Shown: positions 10,497 to 17,198 of the stretch, in pieces
How positions within the stretch are numbered: the stretch's first letter is position 1
Layout: every line of letters begins with the position of its first letter
From: Candidatus Roizmanbacteria bacterium
GTDB taxonomy: Bacteria > Patescibacteriota > Microgenomatia > UBA1406
Direction of reading: 5' to 3'
Assembly: GCA_024654535.1 (NCBI GenBank)
Contig: JANLHL010000016.1
Coordinates: forward strand, 32,626 to 96,625
Length of the DNA: 64,000 bases
The notes under the pieces: generated by a model
What the model saw: the letters and a program-made list of their open reading frames with translations, nothing else
Database searches by the model: none
Told to the model about the DNA's origin: nothing
Made by a program: the position numbers and the translations under genes

Positions 10497-11770
10497 GAAT
10501 AGCCGAAGGTGTTGCAAAGCTTGTTCATAGTATCTCTACACGTCTATTTCATAGAGGAGGTGAAACCTGGCCTGGTGAAATCGCACGTTATTTTTTATCA
10601 AGCCCTAAGGATATAGCCCATCTCTTTAGCTCAGTTATTTATGTGGTAGGGACAAATGGTAAAACATCGACGACAAAAATGGTAGTGCAGGTAATGAGAG
10701 ATAATGGCTTTGATGTACTGACAAATGCATCGGGAGCGAATATGCTCAATGGGGTATTAAGTAGTATTTTAGTTCAAAAGAAATATTCAAAAAACACTGG
10801 CTATATAGGCATATTTGAAGTTGATGAATTTGCATTACAAAGCGTTACAGAGGTTCTTGCACCGACACATATTCTTTTTTTGAATGTACTGCGTGATCAG
10901 CTCGACAGGTATGGCGAGGTAAGAAATGTACTCGGTCTGTGGAAAAGGATTTTAAGTAAGCACGTTCAATGTTCGGTGGTAGCGAATGCATACGATCCTG
11001 GATTGTCATGGGTGTGCGAAAATGTGAAAAAAAACAAGCTTCACTGGTATGGTATCCCAGAGCAGTTTTTAAAAAAAGATAGCACAGTACTTGGTGACTC
11101 ATCGTATTGTTTTTTTTGTAACCACAAGTTGCACTATAACGGTATGTATATTTCACACTTGGGTAAGTGGTATTGTCCCTCATGCAAGAAAAAAAGCGAA
11201 AAAGCCTTTACGTGGGACAAGCAAGATATACATAGTTTGGTTACTATGCCAGATTATATGACTACCAACATGCAAGGTGTATATCTATTAGCACGGCTAT
11301 TTAATATATCAAGAGATCAATTTTTTACTTCAGCTTCTTTGTGGGAGCCAGCGTATGGTAGGGGAGAGACTAAAAAATCTGGGAATGCACTAGTTACGTT
11401 TGTACTTGGAAAGAACCCTGCGAGCTGGACTGTCGCATTGCGAGATTCTCTAAAAAAGAATAAATATAAGACGGTTGTGTTAGGACTCAATAATCAAATT
11501 CCAGACGGACAGGACGTTTCGTGGATTTGGGATGCAGATATAGATAGCATAAACTTAAAGCACGTTAAGCATATTTGGACATTTGGTGACAGAGCACACG
11601 ATATGGCAGTTCGTTTACACATGGAAGGCATAGAAGTTGAGAAAGTATATACAAATGCAAATCTTTGTTTTGCTGACGTTAAAATGAAATCCGAAGAGGT
11701 GTTGATGCTATCCAATTACACTGCTATGCTCGATTCGCGACGTGCCCTCTTAGGGAAAGCTATTTTGTAA
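10493..11770 (+). CDS. murT: Lipid II isoglutaminyl synthase subunit MurT (Mur-ligase family with DUF1727)
   Basis: 425 aa; GTNGKTSTT P-loop; Cys4 ribbon CFFCNHKL...WYCPSCKK; C-terminal DGQDVSWIWDAD motif; ATGA overlap with the clpB stop. Confidence 0.8.
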   Translation: MRIAEGVAKLVHSISTRLFHRGGETWPGEIARYFLSSPKDIAHLFSSVIYVVGTNGKTSTTKMVVQVMRDNGFDVLTNASGANMLNGVLSSILVQKKYSKNTGYIGIFEVDEFALQSVTEVLAPTHILFLNVLRDQLDRYGEVRNVLGLWKRILSKHVQCSVVANAYDPGLSWVCENVKKNKLHWYGIPEQFLKKDSTVLGDSSYCFFCNHKLHYNGMYISHLGKWYCPSCKKKSEKAFTWDKQDIHSLVTMPDYMTTNMQGVYLLARLFNISRDQFFTSASLWEPAYGRGETKKSGNALVTFVLGKNPASWTVALRDSLKKNKYKTVVLGLNNQIPDGQDVSWIWDADIDSINLKHVKHIWTFGDRAHDMAVRLHMEGIEVEKVYTNANLCFADVKMKSEEVLMLSNYTAMLDSRRALLGKAIL

Positions 11771-11856
11771 TGTGTGCATTGCATAGGCTATTGTATATGC
11801 GATATGTTAAAATTCATTCTGTGCTTGATTAGAGCTGATAGCTAACAGCTAATCTT

Positions 11857-11941
11857 GCCGCGGTGGCGGAATTGGTAGACGCGTAGGTCTCAAAAACCTA
11901 TGGTGCAAAACATCGTGTGGGTTCGATTCCCACCCGCGGCA
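11857..11941 (+). tRNA. tRNA-Leu (anticodon CAA), long variable arm
   Basis: Cloverleaf read by eye: acceptor GCCGCGG/CCGCGGC, anticodon loop CT-CAA-AA, T-loop GGTTCGATTCC, 85 nt, CCA not encoded. Confidence 0.9.
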
Positions 11942-11974
11942 CACCCTAGTATAAATGTCGAGGAAATTATTCTT

Positions 11975-13273
11975 CTACCAGACCTCTTTGACTGCCGATA
12001 CAAGCTCGCTGTAGCGCGTATAGGAAAGTAATTCTTCTTGCCAATTAGGGTCTGTAATATTGACATCGGGAATAACTCCTTTGCCTTCGATAGGCTGGCC
12101 GTCATCACGGAGTGTTAAGCTGTGCACTAAAAATATCGAGAACGTTTCTGTTTTATCAAGCTGATGTTTGAGTGGGAATACTTTTTCTACAGTACCCCAA
12201 CCTTTACTCGGTGTACCAACTACCGTACCGACGTTATATTTCTTTAGGCTTGCAGCCATCACTTCTGCACTCGATTGCGAATTGCCATTTATGAGAACTA
12301 CAACTTGCTTATACTTGGTAAGGCTTGGCAAAAGACCCGCTTGTGTTTTGAAATCTTGTTTTTCTCCATGATGTAAAAACTGATATGCGTATTGATCAGG
12401 ACCTATAAATGGCCCCAAAAAATAGGGTAAGCCGTCTATAAGCCCCCCTATGTTGTCACGGAGATCAAATATAAGCGCATCGACCGCACTGTTGTCTTTG
12501 TATGTGTCTGCAGCGCTTACTATGTCGTCAAGTGTTGTTGGAGAAAAACGGGTTAGGTGCATATAGAGGACACTACCATTGACAACTTTCGATACTATAG
12601 TAGATTCTACCCCTGTATTGTCATACCGATCTCTATTTTGCTGTGTGCTCAATGTCTCATATGCTTGTTCAACTTCAGCGAGCTTTTCTTTTGCCTCTGG
12701 TGTTTTTTGTGCTTCTAAATCTTGTTTTTTCTTTTCGTAGGCTTTCGCAATCTCTTGTTGCGAAGCTTTTTTTGTTGTGCCAATGGTCTTATACCTGTCA
12801 ATAGTAGGGTTTTTATTCTCAACTTCATTTTTCAAGTTTGCTTCTTCTTTTTTGCTGTAGAGCCTGCTCCTTCCAGCAGGTTGCAAGCTGGCAAGTACAG
12901 TGTCTGCTAATGTTACGGTATATTGCTTTTTTTTCACCGTTGTATCAAAGGCATTGAGGGTTTTTTCAAGTATTTTTTTGAGACCCTTTTTATCTTTTGT
13001 TAGATTTTGGGAAAATTGACCTGTAACTTTTTGATTTGCAAGGAGGTATATATCGATGAGTTGACTATCAGTTAGCTTATCCCAATAATTTTTTTGAATA
13101 GTATCGAATTCCTCCATTAGTAATGCAGAATATATATTTTCTTTCTGGGGAATTTTTACGGGGAATCTACTTCCCCACAAGTACCCGCCTATGGCAGCTA
13201 TTGCAATGATGGAAAAGATGGTTATTACAATAAGTGCTCTTTTAGAGAATAGAGTTTTGAATCGCTTAAGCAT
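11975..13273 (-). CDS. S41 family C-terminal processing peptidase with an inserted HPD-less J-like module
   Basis: 432 aa; N-terminal TM; S41 motifs DLRDNIGG, NGNSQSSAEV, GTPSKGWG; residues about 158-221 align to the DnaJ J-domain pattern but lack HPD. Confidence 0.8.
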   Translation of the reverse strand: MLKRFKTLFSKRALIVITIFSIIAIAAIGGYLWGSRFPVKIPQKENIYSALLMEEFDTIQKNYWDKLTDSQLIDIYLLANQKVTGQFSQNLTKDKKGLKKILEKTLNAFDTTVKKKQYTVTLADTVLASLQPAGRSRLYSKKEEANLKNEVENKNPTIDRYKTIGTTKKASQQEIAKAYEKKKQDLEAQKTPEAKEKLAEVEQAYETLSTQQNRDRYDNTGVESTIVSKVVNGSVLYMHLTRFSPTTLDDIVSAADTYKDNSAVDALIFDLRDNIGGLIDGLPYFLGPFIGPDQYAYQFLHHGEKQDFKTQAGLLPSLTKYKQVVVLINGNSQSSAEVMAASLKKYNVGTVVGTPSKGWGTVEKVFPLKHQLDKTETFSIFLVHSLTLRDDGQPIEGKGVIPDVNITDPNWQEELLSYTRYSELVSAVKEVW

Positions 13274-13919
13274 GTGTTATTTTTCTATTATTTTTTCTAT
13301 GATACGCAAAAACAAATAGCGCAGAACTTGCACCCAGAAGCGACCCGCCGATAACGTCGGTTATCCAGTGTTCACCCAAACTCACTCTGCTATAGAGCAT
13401 TAAAAAAGCTACTACGCCTATAAGTATAAACAATACTTTTCTTTTTAAACCTTGTATTTTGGAATACCACAGAAACAAAAATATGATGACAAGTAGAAAT
13501 ATAGATCTCATGCTATGACCAGATGGATATGAACCGTTTGTTTGTACATATGAGCTTGGAAAAAGAAATAAAGAATAGGTTCTATGGAATAAGAACGGCG
13601 GAGCGGGTTGCAGTAAAAAGTTTTTGCCAACAAGTTCAAATAAATGTGAAATACCAAACAGTACAATACTCAGCGACAGGAAGAAATACTTTCGTATAAG
13701 AAGTGCAAATAGTATGAGTATCGTTATGGTTACTTCAAAACTGCCAAAGAAACTAAAATACGATAAAAATGGGTCGAGCATGCGCGGCGTATGATTTTGA
13801 ATTCGTACCGTCGTATTAAAATCAAATGACCGTAGCGAATCTGTACGTACTATAAGCGTCACAATAATGAATGAGACAAATAGCAGACCAGAAGCTAAGT
13901 ACATGTATTTCTTTCTCAT
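13266..13919 (-). CDS. PAP2-family lipid phosphatase (undecaprenyl-diphosphatase/phosphatidic acid phosphatase type 2)
   Basis: Multi-TM; PAP2 motifs SYPSGHSM and SRVSLGEHWITDV; ATG at 13919 preferred (ORF-track start 13970 would overlap tig); 8-nt overlap with the downstream S41 gene. Confidence 0.75.
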   Translation of the reverse strand: MRKKYMYLASGLLFVSFIIVTLIVRTDSLRSFDFNTTVRIQNHTPRMLDPFLSYFSFFGSFEVTITILILFALLIRKYFFLSLSIVLFGISHLFELVGKNFLLQPAPPFLFHRTYSLFLFPSSYVQTNGSYPSGHSMRSIFLLVIIFLFLWYSKIQGLKRKVLFILIGVVAFLMLYSRVSLGEHWITDVIGGSLLGASSALFVFAYHRKNNRKITHA

Positions 13920-13964
13920 TGTATAAGTATAGCGTAAACATGGATCATGTTGTATAATCCTTTT

Positions 13965-14840
13965 ATGCAATTCACAGATACATTCGAAAATAAAAACGAA
14001 ACCAGCTTTGTTACCGTAACGGTAAAGTGGAGCGATATAGACAAATCCAAGGAAGAGACACTACTAAAGATTCAAAAAGATTTTGAATCAGAAGGTTTTA
14101 GAAAAGGGAAAGTGCCGGTAAAAGTAGTGCGTGAGAAGGTTGGTGAAAGCAAGCTCTTAGAAGAAGCATCTCGTTATTTTTTGAGCGATGTCTATTCCCA
14201 AATAATTAAGAAATACGATCTGCACCCTGTTATAGACCCTGCCATTAGGGTAAAACAGGCAGAAGCCAACAAAGACTGGATAGTCATATTTGAAATTGCC
14301 CACGCACCTGCTATAAAAACAATGCCTGATGTAAAAAAAATAGTAGCAGATATTCGTGCACAGGCAAAAAAAGAAACTATTTGGGTACCCGGTAAAGACG
14401 AAAAAGAGAAGACTGCTGAAAAACCTGAAGAGAAGAAAGAAGAGCAATTACAAAAAATTATGGATGCTCTTGTCAATAAAGCTGAGATTACTATAGCACC
14501 AGGAATAATGGAACAAGAGGTTAATAGGCGCATGGCTTCGCTTCTCGACGAGGTAAAAAAACTTGGTATGAACTTAGATCAATACATGCAGGCAAAAGGG
14601 GAAACAACCGATTCTATGAGAAAGAAGGCGGAAAAAGAGATAGTCGAAGTGTATACTGTTGAGCTTTTGCTGCAACAGATAGCAGAGAACGAAAAAATTA
14701 CGATAGACGACAAAGAGCTCGAGGCGATTTTCTCTCGTATGAAAACCGAAAAAGAGCGCGAAGAAGCGAAGAAAAATGCATATTTTTATGCAAGTTTAAT
14801 GAGAAAGCAGAAGACACTTGATTATTTGAGTAGCTTATAG
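13965..14840 (+). CDS. tig: Trigger factor lacking the PPIase (FKBP) domain
   Basis: N-terminal ribosome-binding domain with signature GFRKGKVP; C-terminal chaperone-arm-like helices; K/E-rich linker where the PPIase domain normally sits; TATAAT at 13953-13958. Confidence 0.7.
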   Translation: MQFTDTFENKNETSFVTVTVKWSDIDKSKEETLLKIQKDFESEGFRKGKVPVKVVREKVGESKLLEEASRYFLSDVYSQIIKKYDLHPVIDPAIRVKQAEANKDWIVIFEIAHAPAIKTMPDVKKIVADIRAQAKKETIWVPGKDEKEKTAEKPEEKKEEQLQKIMDALVNKAEITIAPGIMEQEVNRRMASLLDEVKKLGMNLDQYMQAKGETTDSMRKKAEKEIVEVYTVELLLQQIAENEKITIDDKELEAIFSRMKTEKEREEAKKNAYFYASLMRKQKTLDYLSSL

Positions 14841-14852
14841 TAAAATAAGCAC

Positions 14853-15455
14853 ATGGTAGCCGCAAAAAAGAAAACATCAAGCGGCATAGCAGAGCAACTC
14901 AAGAGTCTTGGAAACGATTTTTTCGAGCAAGGAAGAGACGCAGTAAAAGGCGCAAGAAATGACGTTGCTTCGCAGCTCTTGGATGATGATAACTTCGATT
15001 CCCCAGACATCTATGGAGAAAATCCTTTTGCATCTGTGTCGAGTATGGACAAAAAAGATCGTAAAGAGCCTATTCGAGTGATCAAATCTGAAATTCTCTT
15101 TAATAGGCAAGAGGTACAAGAAAAGCAAAGCATACGTCAAGAGTTAAATAGCTTAATAGAAAATGTACGCAGAGAGCTCGAGCTTTTGAAAGTACAAGAC
15201 AAAGGCCTTAGCGAAGATATTTCCAAGCTTGTATTGCAAAACAACCCTGAAAAGCCAGGTATATATCACATTCGATTTTTTCAATTTGTCATAAAATTGC
15301 TTCATGCTCTCAGAAAGCGTATTTCAGAGGGTCGTATGTGGCTTGACGTGGCGTTTGAAAAAAAGAAAAAGAAAAAATTCTGGGGTCTTGCCAAGAAAAA
15401 AGGTACTTCTTTCTCACGCTCAAGTGAGCTTTCACAGTCTAATCTTCCAGGGTAG
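14853..15455 (+). CDS. Hypothetical protein, coiled-coil, Lys-rich C-terminus
   Basis: 200-aa ORF with no competing frame; no recognisable motif. Confidence 0.4.
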   Translation: MVAAKKKTSSGIAEQLKSLGNDFFEQGRDAVKGARNDVASQLLDDDNFDSPDIYGENPFASVSSMDKKDRKEPIRVIKSEILFNRQEVQEKQSIRQELNSLIENVRRELELLKVQDKGLSEDISKLVLQNNPEKPGIYHIRFFQFVIKLLHALRKRISEGRMWLDVAFEKKKKKKFWGLAKKKGTSFSRSSELSQSNLPG

Positions 15456-15495
15456 TCGTCTATAGAAAATTTCCATTTTTTCGCTTGCTCTCCTT

Positions 15496-15504
15496 TGGTA
15501 TAAT
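15496..15504 (+). promoter_or_regulatory. Extended -10 promoter element TGGTATAAT for tRNA-Val
   Basis: Perfect TGnTATAAT 12 nt upstream of the tRNA 5' end; TTGCTC lies 6 nt upstream of the TG, i.e. 9 nt upstream of the -10 hexamer, too close to be a spaced -35. Confidence 0.55.
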
Positions 15505-15515
15505 GGTGCCTATAT

Positions 15516-15589
15516 GGAGCCATAGCTCAGTTGGCTAGAGCGTCGCATTGACATTGCGAAGGTCTGTGGTTCAAGTCCACATGGCTCCA
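15516..15589 (+). tRNA. tRNA-Val (anticodon GAC)
   Basis: Acceptor GGAGCCA/TGGCTCC, D-arm AGCTCAGTTGGCTAGAGC, anticodon loop TT-GAC-AT, T-loop GGTTCAAGTCC; 74 nt. Confidence 0.9.
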
Positions 15590-15626
15590 CATAATTTCTA
15601 TAGTGATAACTTCATCCAAGTAATTA

Positions 15627-16208
15627 ATGGATTTCACCGAACAGATAAACATAAATCACGATGGCTTGGTTGTTACAGATGCTCGATGGCTTGATGGTTT
15701 TAGAGTGCAGGTTGCAGATACGTTTGGGCAGTGTAAGACTGCGAGTGAATTTCTAGTACGCTATAACTATCTCATTCCAGAATTTGATAGGGAAACATCT
15801 ACTGCATACCTAAATTTAAATACGGCCCTACAGACTAAAACAGGCCATTGTCTTACTGCGGCTCTTAGTTTGGGAGAGTGGGGAGTACAAAATGGTATGT
15901 ATGTTAGCTATTTTCCTCGTTCAGTTGTACAGCACGCTGTCGTAGGACTGTCGGAGAAACAAATAATTGTTCCCGACGATTCGTTAGATATGTTGCGGTT
16001 TACCGATTTGTGGCAGAGAAATGCTAGAAAAGGACTCGCCCTGTATGAGCATAAGCAACATATGGTAGGTTTAGATCCATTTCATAGGTTGAACTTTACT
16101 ATGTTAACAAATAGAGAAGATAGATTTGTTAGAGAACCCCCACAGTTATCTTCTCAGGCCTTTTTACAGCGAATGGGGTGGTGGCAGGGAGAACATATGG
16201 CTGAGTAA
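15627..16208 (+). CDS. Hypothetical protein, possible transglutaminase-like/papain-like cysteine peptidase fold
   Basis: 193 aa; spacing KTGHC...(about 34 aa)...QHAVV...(about 13 aa)...PDD resembles the Cys-His-Asp core of transglutaminase-like proteins; assignment tentative. Confidence 0.45.
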   Translation: MDFTEQININHDGLVVTDARWLDGFRVQVADTFGQCKTASEFLVRYNYLIPEFDRETSTAYLNLNTALQTKTGHCLTAALSLGEWGVQNGMYVSYFPRSVVQHAVVGLSEKQIIVPDDSLDMLRFTDLWQRNARKGLALYEHKQHMVGLDPFHRLNFTMLTNREDRFVREPPQLSSQAFLQRMGWWQGEHMAE

Positions 16209-16583
16209 ATTTACATTTGTCAGGCATATAAACAAAGTAAATATTAAAGAAAGGAGCGATTCGCTCTAGGGTCACACAGTTTGTTTCAAGGAAACCTTGA
16301 AAATCTTAAACGGTGCGACAAAATATGGAGAAGGGATATTCGTAGGACTATTTGAATCTATGGATAAAGATGAAAAAAACCTTGAATCTATAGTTCGAAG
16401 ATTAGCAAAAGGGAAATAACATACCTGTCAGTTTTCGAATTCGAAACATAAAACCTGCACAAATTTCTGCTTCAGGGAAGCGCGCATTGGGGTCGGTAAT
16501 AAATGTTTCTGTATCGCAAATCTGTATTTTTTGACAGCCTTAAAGAAATGTGGGGATAGAGACATCGCTCGGATTATGTAGTT

Positions 16584-16967
16584 TCACTGTTTGCTAGAGT
16601 GTTGTTTGTACTTTTCTATTTCTTCTGTGTAAAACTCGTTCCCTGCTAAATAGGCAAGAAGATTGCTGGTTTTTTCTATCGGGTCTTTGTTGAGAAGCGT
16701 GCACAACTTCGCTATTGCAATACGATTTTCTTCGCTGTAGGTATATTCTATTAGCGTACCGTCTGGCATCTTAAATATAAAATAGATTAGGTCAGTTCCG
16801 ACTATGTCATTCCAAAACCCGTTATCGAGCTTTTCACGTATTAGGTTTTTATAAAGCTCAAGTGACCGCTTTGGTACAAAGAGTTTTCTGCTCGTACTGT
16901 CTTTTATATGCTTAACCGTTATGGCAAGTGCGGTCAGCTCGTCGTTGGAAATCTTAAGCGCTCCCAT
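16584..16967 (-). CDS. Hypothetical protein
   Basis: ORF 16584-17033; internal ATG at 16967 (MGALKISNDEL...) more plausible; no recognisable motif. Confidence 0.4.
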   Translation of the reverse strand: MGALKISNDELTALAITVKHIKDSTSRKLFVPKRSLELYKNLIREKLDNGFWNDIVGTDLIYFIFKMPDGTLIEYTYSEENRIAIAKLCTLLNKDPIEKTSNLLAYLAGNEFYTEEIEKYKQHSSKQ

Positions 16968-17034
16968 AAGATAGCTTCTGTAGTTGTGCATATATCTGTA
17001 TATATTTATACAAAATTGAGTGTAGCAATGCAAT

Positions 17035-17063
17035 TTGCATGTATAAGGTTTTGCGTGTATACT
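17035..17063 (+). promoter_or_regulatory. Sigma70-type promoter of the thrS leader (TTGCAT-17 nt-TATACT)
   Basis: TTGCAT 17035-17040, 17-nt spacer, TATACT 17058-17063 preceded by TG; leader ATG lies 7 nt downstream of the -10. Confidence 0.55.
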
Positions 17064-17069
17064 TAGGTC

Positions 17070-17114
17070 ATGTATATGAAAAGCGTTTTTACCACAACTA
17101 CCACCACTATTTAG
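17070..17114 (+). CDS. thrS leader peptide MYMKSVFTTTTTTI (six consecutive Thr codons)
   Basis: ATG TAT ATG AAA AGC GTT TTT ACC ACA ACT ACC ACC ACT ATT TAG read directly; below the ORF-track size cutoff; immediately followed by alternative hairpins. Confidence 0.6.
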   Translation: MYMKSVFTTTTTTI

Positions 17115-17115
17115 T

Positions 17116-17160
17116 GCGGGGTACTTGTGTGTGTATACCCCGCAGATCGCGGGGTTTTTT
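17116..17160 (+). promoter_or_regulatory. Transcription attenuator: antiterminator (17116-17143) overlapping an intrinsic terminator (17138-17160)
   Basis: GCGGGGTA/TACCCCGC 8-bp helix shares CCCCGC with the terminator helix CCCCGC/GCGGGG, which is followed by TTTTTT; 39 nt upstream of the thrS ATG. Confidence 0.65.
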
Positions 17161-17198
17161 AGTACCTAAAAATTATTAATAAGTTATACAATAAACAC

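Noticed and set aside
11890-12108. 72-aa ORF on the minus strand overlapping tRNA-Leu and the 3' end of the S41 gene.
   Set aside because: It overlaps a confident tRNA and a confident CDS, and shows no motif.
15357-15380. A-rich run GAAAAAAAGAAAAAGAAAAAATTC as a possible programmed frameshift or slippery site.
   Set aside because: It simply encodes KKKKKK within an intact 200-aa ORF that terminates normally. No alternative-frame ORF continues downstream.
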